A stretch of 60,683 bases of DNA, from the NCBI GenBank assembly GCA_964448115.1, contig CAYUVA010000025.1, forward strand, positions 1 through 60,683, in the 5' to 3' direction. This document shows positions 1 through 9,578 of this stretch, in pieces. The DNA comes from an uncultured bacterium. Lineage in GTDB: Bacteria > CAYUVA01. How positions within the stretch are numbered: the stretch's first letter is position 1; the number at the start of each line of letters is the position of its first letter. The translations under genes were made by a program, and so were the position numbers. The notes under the pieces were generated by a model. That model saw nothing but the letters and a program-made list of their open reading frames with translations. It made no database searches and was not told the DNA's origin.

Positions 1-1
1 T

Positions 2-2044
2 GTTGGAGGGGGTGAATGTTGGGGTAGTCGAAGGGGTAGCTGTCGGCAAAGATGTCTCGGTTGGGGATGGTGTATTGGTCGGTGTTACAGATGCGGTCAT
101 CGTAGGCGTGGGGCTAGGAGAGCGAGTGGCTGTACCAGTGGGAATCATGGTCATAGTCAAGGTTGGAGTAATGGTTAAGGTGTTGGTCGGACTGGTAGTC
201 GGAGTCATTGATAGCGTGCTGGTTGGGGTAAAGCTGGGTGTGAAGGTTGGCGTAAAGGTACTTGTGCTCGTGGGATTGGTTGTGGGGCTGGATGTATAAG
301 TTGCGCTAGGGGTTAGACTGGGAGTGCGGCTGGGAGTTGCCGTATCGGTTGGGATCATGGTTGCTGTGTTGGTAGGCAACTGGGTTGGTGTGCCGGTTGG
401 GGTGGCGGTTCTTGTGTTCGTTGGTGTGCGAGTCGGGGTAGGCGTCCTGGTCGGCGTAGGTGCAGGCTTGATCCTGAAGTCATACTGCTCCTCGGTCATC
501 TCGTTGCCGTTCTGATCGCTCGAATTGACAATCACCACCACGATCTCATTGTAATCAAAGGGTTGCGGGGGTAGATAAGCCAGGTTGTAGTCGTAAATAT
601 TCCCCCCGATTTGAGGGGTTACATTCAGGTATTGCACCAGCATCTCGGTCGAGTTGATATCGACCCCGACTCCATCATCGGCGATATGCAACGTAATCAG
701 CGGCTGCCGCTCCACGCCCCTATCGCCGGGGGCTGGATCTTGCCCGTAAACATAAGGTGGCTGGTAATCATGGGTAGGTGTCCTGGTCGGCGTGTTGGTC
801 GGTGTTGCAGTGGGCGTGCGACTGGGCGTTACCGTCGCAGTGTCTGTCGGGGTAAAGGTGGCGGTGGGGCTGGGGGTTGGCGAGGGACCTATGGCATAAA
901 AGATATTATCTGTCGCCCCTATGTATATATCGCCGCTGTTACTTATAGCTGGCGAACACCACTGAATAGAGCCATCCAGTGGATAGCTCCAGCGAACGCT
1001 TCCATCCGAGTTTAAACAATACACCTTGTCCGAGGCGCTTATGACCGAGTCGTTGACATCGACTATCGCCGAAGAGGTGAAGGCTGCGCCGGTTACATAG
1101 CTCCAACGAATGCTTCCGTCAGAATTGAGCGCCAGCAACTTCTTATCCGAGGTACCTATATAGATGTTGCCTGATTGGGATATCGCCGGCGAGGAATCAT
1201 ACTGGCTGAAGGTATATCGACTCCACAGCAATCCACCTGTCGAATCGAATGACATGACGCCGTTGGGGATGTTGTCTCCGATGTAGATATTGCCATCATC
1301 CCCGATACTCGGCGAGGATTGTAGAAAATTGCCCCCATAAGACCAGTACAGAGTGCCATCAGCATTGAGTGAATAAAGCTTGCTCGTGTAAGCGGTAAAG
1401 ATCACCCTGCCTGAGTCATCGATCGCCGGCGAGCTTCGCACCTGGTTGGCGCTGGCATAGCTCCAAAGCAATGTTCCGTCTTCATTAAGCGCAAACAGCC
1501 TCCCGCTCTCTGCGCCGAAGTATATGCAAAAGTTGACATCGCCGCTCAGGGCGGGGCTGGAGTATCCGCACGAGGTATGTACATTATAGCTCCAGTTGAG
1601 ATTCCCATCTGCAGATATGGAGTAAAAATAATTATCATTGCTTCCGATATAGATATTTCCAAGGCTATCGATGCATGGCGCTGCCTGGCTGCCGGCACCG
1701 ATATCATGAGTCCACCGCAAAGAACCATCGCTGTTTAGGCAATAGAGCCATCCGTCATTGCAAGCAAAGTATATCTCCCCTTCAGAGCCTATGACCGGCG
1801 AGGAGTAAATGGCGCCTCCGCAAGTAAAGCTCCATTTAAGCTCCACACCTTTAGCAAAGAGATAGGGGTATCTCCCCTGGTGCTGGTGATTGCCCAAAAA
1901 ACTGCGCCACTGGTGTTCATTAGCCGCTGCCGGGTCATAATATAAAAGGAAAGCCAAGATCATAAATATACGACATAACGATAAAAGAAGCACTCTTTTT
2001 GTTGTTCCAGGGATCATCAATTTTCTAAAATACGCCCCTTGCAT
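2..2044 (-). CDS. Secreted PQQ-like/BamB-like 8-bladed beta-propeller protein with Ig-like domain and long Pro/Thr/Ser-rich tracts (3' end runs off the window)
   Basis: Not in the ORF track. Manual translation from ATG 2044 is open to the window edge: hydrophobic leader (RVLLLSLCRIFMILAFLLYYDPAAA), eight SSP(A/V)I..G.IY.G...LY.LN.DG..W repeats, PT linker, DYQPPYVYGQDPAPGD.. domain, then ~150 aa of TPT repeats. Confidence 0.85.
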   Translation of the reverse strand, partial: MQGAYFRKLMIPGTTKRVLLLSLCRIFMILAFLLYYDPAAANEHQWRSFLGNHQHQGRYPYLFAKGVELKWSFTCGGAIYSSPVIGSEGEIYFACNDGWLYCLNSDGSLRWTHDIGAGSQAAPCIDSLGNIYIGSNDNYFYSISADGNLNWSYNVHTSCGYSSPALSGDVNFCIYFGAESGRLFALNEDGTLLWSYASANQVRSSPAIDDSGRVIFTAYTSKLYSLNADGTLYWSYGGNFLQSSPSIGDDGNIYIGDNIPNGVMSFDSTGGLLWSRYTFSQYDSSPAISQSGNIYIGTSDKKLLALNSDGSIRWSYVTGAAFTSSAIVDVNDSVISASDKVYCLNSDGSVRWSYPLDGSIQWCSPAISNSGDIYIGATDNIFYAIGPSPTPSPTATFTPTDTATVTPSRTPTATPTNTPTRTPTHDYQPPYVYGQDPAPGDRGVERQPLITLHIADDGVGVDINSTEMLVQYLNVTPQIGGNIYDYNLAYLPPQPFDYNEIVVVIVNSSDQNGNEMTEEQYDFRIKPAPTPTRTPTPTRTPTNTRTATPTGTPTQLPTNTATMIPTDTATPSRTPSLTPSATYTSSPTTNPTSTSTFTPTFTPSFTPTSTLSMTPTTSPTNTLTITPTLTMTMIPTGTATRSPSPTPTMTASVTPTNTPSPTETSLPTATPSTTPTFTPSN

Positions 2045-2380
2045 ATTTCTTCGTACATTATAGCGGATCTTTGAACCATTTGCTCATAGGGTTCGTCCTG
2101 TAATGTAGCTCCGAGTCAAGAAAATAGCTGATACAATTACCACCGATAAGACAACCATACACCGTAGAACATCGTTTTTAGCCATCTTTTTATCCTTTGT
2201 TAATCACAACCTGTCTGTAAATGTACATTTTCCAAGAACATTACTCAATACTACTTAAACATCCATTGGCAATACAGGAGTTATGGATAATAAATTATTT
2301 ATCTTTTAATTCGGTAGAACTTAGGTAATTTTCGACTACTGAATAGACAGAACTATTGATTATCACCCCCTACTTTAATC

Positions 2381-2409
2381 TTGACATTTGCAGATAGAAG
2401 ATGTATATT
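2381..2409 (+). promoter_or_regulatory. sigma70-type promoter
   Basis: TTGACA-N17-TATATT about 50 nt upstream of ATG 2459. Confidence 0.6.
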
Positions 2410-2458
2410 ACTTACAGTCTCAAAATATTAAGGAAGTTGTTATAAAAGGGCAACTAGT

Positions 2459-3106
2459 ATGGATGGATGGTGTTCCTTCTCTTTTAGTACCAAGATAGCT
2501 ATTCCTTTGCTTGTATTAATATTCCTGTTGTTTACTCAACCAACTACGGTGGCATCAGAGCAGTCAAATGATACTCTCCAAGTGGATATTAACCTAAGTG
2601 TTCAGCTTTCGAGCGTTGATATCATTGACGAAGACATCCTGACTACCCCATATTATTACTACTCTTATGCCAGCTATGTTCCAGATACCCCATCCTGGTT
2701 TAACGAGGGCGCTGCTGAGGGGTCTAGGGATGGCGACTTTGCTTATGTAAATTATGGCTATGAGTGCCCGGATTACCTGACTGCCAAAGGTTTCTATTTC
2801 AGCGAGTTGAACCGGAATATAAGGGAGGTCTGGATGGGGGTCTATAGCGAGGAGCGCCCTTTGGAGGGCATCTATGCCGGGCTGGCAAACAACAAGTCAA
2901 GCAGGATCTGGGATTTCCACAACTCCCAATTTGACTGGGTTTTCTTTGACATCACTGGGGAAACCGAATGGAACCTCGATGAATTGAATTCGCTGGATCT
3001 GTACTATTGGAGTATCTGCGAGTATCCGCTCAACTGCGAGTGCCTGGTGCAGGCATTCAAGGTTGAGGTTTATGTGGATCCATTCTCCAATCCACGGTGC
3101 TTTTGA
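2459..3106 (+). CDS. Hypothetical secreted protein (probable beta-sandwich domain)
   Basis: 215-aa ORF with signal-peptide-like N-terminus, aromatic/acidic composition and a canonical promoter upstream. Confidence 0.65.
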   Translation: MDGWCSFSFSTKIAIPLLVLIFLLFTQPTTVASEQSNDTLQVDINLSVQLSSVDIIDEDILTTPYYYYSYASYVPDTPSWFNEGAAEGSRDGDFAYVNYGYECPDYLTAKGFYFSELNRNIREVWMGVYSEERPLEGIYAGLANNKSSRIWDFHNSQFDWVFFDITGETEWNLDELNSLDLYYWSICEYPLNCECLVQAFKVEVYVDPFSNPRCF

Positions 3107-3112
3107 TTATCA

Positions 3113-3186
<74 letters not shown>

Positions 3187-3524
3187 AGATATAAGATCTT
3201 ACAGGTTAGCTAATGCTATTGGATCCAGGGTTTATAACAACCTGAACTAATCTTTCGATCTTTTCAATTATTAAATAACAAGTTTGCACCGAAATCTTTT
3301 ATAGCACTTTTTTGCTGTTCATCCAAGTATGCAAGCAAGCATGCAAACCTGATTAAAGAAATGCCTTCTATTTGCCCTACTTGGCATATCTACATGCAGA
3401 AATTCCGTTTTCAATCGCCTTGTAGAGTAAAATTTCACGCTCGTGAATCATGGTGCTTTTTTCATCATGGCTACGATTGTGCTAATATTCTTTGATGATA
3501 ATAATCGTGAACATGGTGAGCTGA

Positions 3525-4853
3525 ATGACACAGAAAATAAAAGCACAAGATGGGGTTCTAACTCCCCAGATGAGCAAGATCCTCCAGGAGGAAGAAGTAA
3601 CTGAGGAAGCATTGTTGGAGCGAGTCGCTGCCGGCAGGATCGTAATTCCATGCAATGTGAACCACCAGCCTGCCCAGCCCAAAGGGATCGGAGAAGGGTT
3701 GACTGTGAAGATCAATTGCAATCTCGGCGCCTCGGAGGATCGCTGCGACATAGACCTGGAACTAAGTAAATTAGACATCGCCCTCCAGGCGGGCACCGAT
3801 ACAGTGATGGATTTATCAACCGGCGGCGATATTGACCTAATGCGCCGTGAAATCCTGGCACGCTGTCCGGTTCCGCTAGGTACGGTCCCGATATACCAAG
3901 CTTGCGTGGGACTGCTACGCTCCGGCAAAACCATTGCTGATATGTCAGTTGACCATCTTTTCGAGGTCATCGAGCAACACGCTGATGATGGAGTTGATTT
4001 CATCACCGTGCACTGCGGTGTAACCAGGCGGGCATTAGAGCGGCTACGCAGTGAGGGAAGGGTAATGAACATAGTCTCCAGGGGGGGAGCTTTCCTGGCA
4101 AACTGGATGCTTTGCAATAATAAGGAGAACCCGCTGTATGAGCACTTTGACAGGCTGCTCGATATCTGTCGCAGATACGATGTTACGCTCAGCCTAGGCG
4201 ATGGGCTTCGTCCCGGCTGCATTGCCGATGCCTCGGATCGCTGCCAGTTCGAGGAGCACCTCACATTAGGCGAACTGACCGAGAGAGCCTGGGATGCTGG
4301 GGTGCAGGTCATGATCGAGGGACCGGGGCATGTCCCGCTGCATCAGATCGAGGCGAATATGGTGATGGAAAAGCGAATATGCCATGGGGCGCCATTCTAT
4401 GTATTAGGACCGCTGGTTACTGATATCGCCCCCGGCTATGATCATATCACTGCTGCTATCGGCGGAGCGCTAGCTGCCTGGTATGGAGCTGATTTTCTCT
4501 GCTATGTAACTCCTGCCGAGCATCTAAGGCTTCCGGATCTCGATGATGTGAAGGAAGGCGTCATCGCCAGCAAGATCGCTGCCCACGCTGCGGACATTGC
4601 AAGGGGAAACAAGGCAGCATGGCAGCGAGACCTCCAGATGTCTCAAGCACGCAGGAACCTCGACTGGAAAAAGCAGATCGAGCTATCGCTGGATCCAGAG
4701 AAGGCTCGCCGAATGCGCAGCCAGACTGCACTCAAAGATGAGAAGGTCTGCTCAATGTGCTCGCAGTATTGTGCTATCGATATCGTAAACCAGAGCTTCG
4801 ATTGCAGGGCATTCAAGCCAAGAGGAAGGAAGATAAAAAAGGAGAAGGGCTGA
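3525..4853 (+). CDS. thiC: Phosphomethylpyrimidine synthase (short ThiC family; BzaF-type paralogue not excluded)
   Basis: DTVMDLSTGGD, GTVPIYQ, SLGDGLRPG, EGPGHVP, LCYVTPAEHL motifs; C-terminal CSMCSQYC Fe-S motif. Confidence 0.9.
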   Translation: MTQKIKAQDGVLTPQMSKILQEEEVTEEALLERVAAGRIVIPCNVNHQPAQPKGIGEGLTVKINCNLGASEDRCDIDLELSKLDIALQAGTDTVMDLSTGGDIDLMRREILARCPVPLGTVPIYQACVGLLRSGKTIADMSVDHLFEVIEQHADDGVDFITVHCGVTRRALERLRSEGRVMNIVSRGGAFLANWMLCNNKENPLYEHFDRLLDICRRYDVTLSLGDGLRPGCIADASDRCQFEEHLTLGELTERAWDAGVQVMIEGPGHVPLHQIEANMVMEKRICHGAPFYVLGPLVTDIAPGYDHITAAIGGALAAWYGADFLCYVTPAEHLRLPDLDDVKEGVIASKIAAHAADIARGNKAAWQRDLQMSQARRNLDWKKQIELSLDPEKARRMRSQTALKDEKVCSMCSQYCAIDIVNQSFDCRAFKPRGRKIKKEKG

Positions 4854-6991
4854 TGAGATCTATTTATATTTTTCTGATGGTCGCCCTTGCATTTCTATTA
4901 CCCGTAAATGCATTCTCTTTGGACTGGGTGTGGCAGAACCCGCTGCCCCAGGGGCACAATATCTACGAGATAAAGAACTACGGGCTGGGGAATGCTTATG
5001 CTGTAGGCGAGGGAGGGATGATACTTCGCTACGAGAACCTCAACTGGGTGCAGGTCGAGCCGGTAACATACATGGATCTATACGGCATTGATGGAATAAC
5101 GCCCTATGATCTTTGGATCGTCGGGCAAAAGGGCACCATCCTGCACGGCGACGGCACGCATTGGACTACCTATCCATCGATGACCGATTACACCCTGTAT
5201 GGAGTGAGCATCCTTGATGGTGGACATATCTGGAGCGTCGGCGAGTATGGCACCATCTTGTTCTATAACGGGATGAACTGGAGTCATCAGCGCAGCGTTG
5301 ACACCAACGATCTAATGGATGTAAAGGCACAAAGCCCCAGCGAGATCTGGGCGGTAGGGAAAAACGGCATAATCATCAAGCTGCTCGGCTCCAACTGGAC
5401 GAGGATACCATCCGGCACCAGCAAGGACCTGTACGATATCGATGCCAACAGCGACGGCAGCCTTTGGGCGGTCGGCATGGGGGGCACTGTATTGCGTTAC
5501 AACGGCGTTTCCTGGGAGTCGGTCGATACCGGCTCACTTGCCACCATGCATTCGGTGAGCGCCTATGATCCTAACAACATCGTCATAGCAGGGAGCTTCG
5601 GCTCCATTCTGCACTATAACGGAACCTCGTGGTCATCGATAGACACTGGCACCGACCTGTTGCTACAGGCGGTCTCGGCAGGGGATGAAAGCGATATCTG
5701 GGTAGGTGGGGTTCACGGTATAATGTACAACTATAACGGTCTGAAGTGGACTTTGAAAAGCAGCGGCGACCCGACTAACCTGGAGAGCCTCGATTATGCA
5801 GCCGGGGGGCTTGCCTTTGCAGTCGGCGAGAACGGCACCATCCTGCGCAGTCAAGGTTCAAGCTGGACAAAAGAGGCATATCCTGGCTACGAGTGGCTTT
5901 ATGATATAGAGATCTTCGATCAGAGCCACGCCTGGGGTGTGGGCATCGGCGGAGAAATCGCTGTTTACAATGGAATTAGTTGGACTAAAGAGACAGCGCC
6001 GACCAATCGGGCGCTTCATGCCATCAAGGCATTTGCTCCCAATGCAGCCTGCGCAGTCGGTGAGGATGGTGTGATCCTCTTGTATAACGGCAGCCAATGG
6101 GCTTTTGCCACCTCGCCGACCAACCAGAGGCTTCACGATATAGACGGAATAAGCCCTACTGACTTTTGGATAGTGGGTAAAGCAGGGACTATTCTGCACT
6201 TCAACGGCTCAGCATTTACCCTGATCCCATCGCCGACCACTTATGACATCAACTCCATCTCGGTTGCACAATCGGGCAAGGCGTGGGCAGTCGGCTGGTT
6301 CGGCACAATCTTGCATTATGACGGGCATGCCTGGCAGCTTTATGGCAGTGGCAGCGAGCTATTGTTCACCAGTGTTAGCATGATCGATGAGACCAATGTC
6401 TGGATGTGCGGAAACGATGGAAGGATATTCAATTTTAACGGAAGCTCCTGGAAGGAGAGCAAGTCTGCCACCAGCAAGAACCTCACCAATGTATGCACCA
6501 ATATCAATCAAGATGTCTTCGTCTGCGGTAAAGGAGGAACTATTTTGTATAAACAGGGCTACACGCCGACGCCAACCAATACGCCTGGCGGACCGACTCC
6601 GACTCCATCGCCAACGCCAACCGCCACTAAACCGGGAGATCCGACTGCCACGCCAACGCCGACACGCGACTCGCCAATAATTATGTGCGGAGGCTATATG
6701 TGGCTCTCCCCAAAGGTGCTACAGATAACAGCCTACATCATCGATGCACAGGGTCCCTATGACATCCGCAGCGTGGATATCCTTTATGATATGAACCCTA
6801 CCGGCTTTAGGCTTTTCGATGATGGGCTGCACGGCGATGGAGCAGCCGTCGATGGGCTGTATGGTCTCATTTTATCCCTGGGCAAGGGAGAAGCCCCGAC
6901 AGGCAAGGGAGTCTCAGCCCTGCTCCAGTTCAAGGCAGAGGATCAATCCGGTCACGCTGGCGCTATCTGGCCATACCTAACCGTGAAATGA
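4853..6991 (+). CDS. Secreted protein with 14 beta-propeller repeats (two 7-bladed propellers), P/T linker and conserved C-terminal domain
   Basis: Likely start ATG 4853 overlapping the thiC stop (TGATG); signal peptide MRSIYIFLMVALAFLLPVNA; 14 W.VG..G.IL.Y.G..W repeats. Confidence 0.85.
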   Translation: MRSIYIFLMVALAFLLPVNAFSLDWVWQNPLPQGHNIYEIKNYGLGNAYAVGEGGMILRYENLNWVQVEPVTYMDLYGIDGITPYDLWIVGQKGTILHGDGTHWTTYPSMTDYTLYGVSILDGGHIWSVGEYGTILFYNGMNWSHQRSVDTNDLMDVKAQSPSEIWAVGKNGIIIKLLGSNWTRIPSGTSKDLYDIDANSDGSLWAVGMGGTVLRYNGVSWESVDTGSLATMHSVSAYDPNNIVIAGSFGSILHYNGTSWSSIDTGTDLLLQAVSAGDESDIWVGGVHGIMYNYNGLKWTLKSSGDPTNLESLDYAAGGLAFAVGENGTILRSQGSSWTKEAYPGYEWLYDIEIFDQSHAWGVGIGGEIAVYNGISWTKETAPTNRALHAIKAFAPNAACAVGEDGVILLYNGSQWAFATSPTNQRLHDIDGISPTDFWIVGKAGTILHFNGSAFTLIPSPTTYDINSISVAQSGKAWAVGWFGTILHYDGHAWQLYGSGSELLFTSVSMIDETNVWMCGNDGRIFNFNGSSWKESKSATSKNLTNVCTNINQDVFVCGKGGTILYKQGYTPTPTNTPGGPTPTPSPTPTATKPGDPTATPTPTRDSPIIMCGGYMWLSPKVLQITAYIIDAQGPYDIRSVDILYDMNPTGFRLFDDGLHGDGAAVDGLYGLILSLGKGEAPTGKGVSALLQFKAEDQSGHAGAIWPYLTVK

Positions 6992-7002
6992 ACCGATCAC
7001 AT

Positions 7003-7115
7003 CACGCAAAGACGCAAAGATAAAGGAAGGAAGGAAAAAGGACGCCAAGAGACAAGTACGAAAAGGACACAACCAAAGGATTCTTTTCCTCTTAGTGCCT
7101 TTGTGTCTTGGTGGT
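7003..7115. repeat. Intergenic REP-like degenerate palindrome with CTTnGTGn octamer repeats
   Basis: CTTAGTGC-CTTTGTGT-CTTGGTGG (7091-7114) is partly complementary to GCCAAGAGACAA upstream; the 14-nt core TTAGTGCCTTTGTG recurs at 51206-51219. Confidence 0.45.
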
Positions 7116-7153
7116 TGAATAACTTAGCGATATCAGGCTATTCCTTATAACCC

Positions 7154-9409
7154 ATGCCAACTGACTCGCAGCAGTTCGAAGGTTCATTAAAAAACAAAGG
7201 GATAATCATCTACTGGATTGGCTTGTTAGCGCTGGTCATTGCCATCTATCTGCCAAACCTTGATTCATATTTTTTAGCCGGCGATTTCACACACCTGCAC
7301 TATCGAAACCTAAGCGAGGTCATCCGCCAGTTCATCGAGGTCAGGCGCGACCCGGAGCTACTTTTAAGCGAATATCGACCCCTGACCGAGCTGTTTTACT
7401 ACATGCAGATAAGGCTGTTTTACAACCAGCCTATCGGCTATCACCTGGTCAGCCTGCTGCTGCACATAATCTCCGCCTTGCTTTTCTATAGAGTTTTACA
7501 AGCCCTCACCAGCGATGTGAGGATAGCCATGCTCGCTACATTGCTATGGAGCCTGCATCCAGCAATAGTCGATATTGTCAGTTGGATCTGCGTGCAGGGG
7601 GATCAGCTATGCGCCATATTTTATTTACTTAGCCTTCTGTATTTCATCCGTTTTTATCGCGGGCAGGGAATTGGGCAGCTCTTGGCATCGCTAGGCTTTA
7701 TGCTGCTTAGCATTCTGTCCAAGGAGATGGGGCTGACCATTCCGTTCATGGTGGCTGCCTACCTGCTGTTTACGGATCCGAGAAATTGGGGCTTGAAGCG
7801 ATTGGCTTCGATAAGGTTTTATATTAGCATATCCCCCTATTTCGCCTTGTTTATTCTCTACTGGGTGCTGCGCATGGAGGTCTTCGGCGGTGCTGGCGGG
7901 TATCCATTGAAGCTGGGGGCTTATATCCTGCAAAATCTATATAAATACTGGGAATGGTTCTTCAGCCTAGGACCTATTCCAGCCATCATCTATGAGCAGG
8001 CGCTGATACACTGGATCCTGTTTATCGTTCCATTCATTTTAGTATTGTTGTTGTTGCCGCCAACAGGCTTTGGCTTAAGATTGAGATACATCCATGATAC
8101 GCAAACCACGAACCTGGTAAAGTTTTTCTATGGCTGGATCTTTGTGGCGCTGATTCCGGTTTATACTATTATCAAGAACACGAATAATTACATCCCATTG
8201 ATGGGCTTTATAAGCCTAGTGTCGATATTCATGGTTAGGTTTTTCGATAGTAAGCGTGGAAGTTTGCGAGGTGCATTGCGAGTCTTGGCTGTGTTTCTAT
8301 GCGTTTTGTTGGCGGTGCACTATTTCAGGCTCAGCGCTGGCAGGGTGCGCGATTTCGTGGAGGCTGCCACCATCTCGCAAAGCATCATAGAGCAAAGCAA
8401 ACAGATCCTTCCAAGGCGGCTCCCCGAAGGGATGCAGCTCGGATATATCGGCTTGCCCAACCATCATCGCGAGGTCTTTGTGATGGGGATCGGCATCAAT
8501 GGCGCCATCAAGCTGGAGTACCCAGGCAGCAACGCTAATGCCAGAAGGCTTACAGTGGTGCAAGAGCTGGAGGTCTTCGGGTTTGAGCCTGGCAAACCGA
8601 CCATGTTCTTTCAATATAAGAATTGCAAGCTCATTAAAAGGGATGATCTGAGGGATAAATTCCATAACCACGAATTAAAAGTTCCACAGGGCTTGAAATA
8701 TGATCACCTAGCTTGGGATCGCGCTGCCCTTGAGAGAGAGTTTAATAGATATAAGGTTGATGGAGATACCGCGCAATTGCTCACCGGATTGGTGCACCTA
8801 TTGCCTGGTCAGGGATTTCCCGAACTTGGAGAGCCGATAGATCCGGCTGCCACCTTGGAGTTTGCCAACAGAGATAGCCCTATTCCAGCCTCCTTTGAGC
8901 AGCTTGATGTCCTTACCTCCTCGATCCAATTTCCTTTCCTTCTTCTCTCAAGCCTCAAGCCTCAAGCCTCAAGCCTCAATAAGAGGTGGCTGCGTTTTCA
9001 GGATATGATGGTGCCCTGGTCGCCAATCATCGTGCTCGAATCGCCTGAGCTTGACCTGGATCCTTCTGGTTTGAAGCTGGTAGTTAATGCAAAAGCAATA
9101 TCAAGAGCAAACTATGGCAGATTCATAGTGGTTTGGAATACAACCGATGATGAAAAGTGGGATACTGCCCGCATGGTCAGCGGTAGATACAAACACGATG
9201 GAAGGTTATACCGGCTTGAGATATCTATCGGTGCACATATACTTGGGGGCTTTGGGGGTACGGTTCATAGGCTTAGGCTCATACCCTCTGATAAGACAGA
9301 TATAGTCGATATAGAGCGCCTTAAGATCCTATATGCAAAGCCTGGTGAAGGATCGCCTAATGGAGCTCAAACTATAAGAATAGAGCCAGCCATGCAGTTT
9401 ACTCACTGA
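7154..9409 (+). CDS. Polytopic membrane GT-C-fold glycosyltransferase (PMT/TMTC-like) with C-terminal soluble domain
   Basis: About 11 hydrophobic helices; YRPL, GYHLVSLLLH, LHP and LSKE motifs typical of TMTC/GT39-like proteins. Confidence 0.65.
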   Translation: MPTDSQQFEGSLKNKGIIIYWIGLLALVIAIYLPNLDSYFLAGDFTHLHYRNLSEVIRQFIEVRRDPELLLSEYRPLTELFYYMQIRLFYNQPIGYHLVSLLLHIISALLFYRVLQALTSDVRIAMLATLLWSLHPAIVDIVSWICVQGDQLCAIFYLLSLLYFIRFYRGQGIGQLLASLGFMLLSILSKEMGLTIPFMVAAYLLFTDPRNWGLKRLASIRFYISISPYFALFILYWVLRMEVFGGAGGYPLKLGAYILQNLYKYWEWFFSLGPIPAIIYEQALIHWILFIVPFILVLLLLPPTGFGLRLRYIHDTQTTNLVKFFYGWIFVALIPVYTIIKNTNNYIPLMGFISLVSIFMVRFFDSKRGSLRGALRVLAVFLCVLLAVHYFRLSAGRVRDFVEAATISQSIIEQSKQILPRRLPEGMQLGYIGLPNHHREVFVMGIGINGAIKLEYPGSNANARRLTVVQELEVFGFEPGKPTMFFQYKNCKLIKRDDLRDKFHNHELKVPQGLKYDHLAWDRAALEREFNRYKVDGDTAQLLTGLVHLLPGQGFPELGEPIDPAATLEFANRDSPIPASFEQLDVLTSSIQFPFLLLSSLKPQASSLNKRWLRFQDMMVPWSPIIVLESPELDLDPSGLKLVVNAKAISRANYGRFIVVWNTTDDEKWDTARMVSGRYKHDGRLYRLEISIGAHILGGFGGTVHRLRLIPSDKTDIVDIERLKILYAKPGEGSPNGAQTIRIEPAMQFTH
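8947..8979 (+). repeat. Heptamer tandem repeat (CTCAAGC)x4 + CTCAA inside a CDS
   Basis: Read directly from the sequence. Confidence 0.9.
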
Positions 9410-9578
9410 TCAGACAGATCGCAATAGCTATGGTATTCCTATACTCCCCCTCCATTTCATTCCTGCGCCCTGGATTTCAAGCCGAGAATCTGGGATCTAT
9501 CTTAGGTTAAGACTCCCAACTTTTTTGCCCCGAATCGGGATGCACACTCAACCGTATCGTAGCTGCTTGGATTGCCTC

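Noticed and set aside
3-1728. Short Val/Gly-rich and other ORFs in the track (3..299, 324..515, 611..1015, 1156..1365, 1546..1728)
   Set aside because: Antisense or off-frame shadows of the real minus-strand gene 2..2044; the same applies to 10138..10380, 44377..44562 and 45460..45756
3187-3524. TPP riboswitch or sigma54 promoter upstream of thiC
   Set aside because: No CTGAGA core; in TGGCATATCTACATGC the GG and GC are 11 nt apart rather than the required 10
3482-4312. 276-aa antisense ORF
   Set aside because: Lies opposite thiC and has no recognisable motifs
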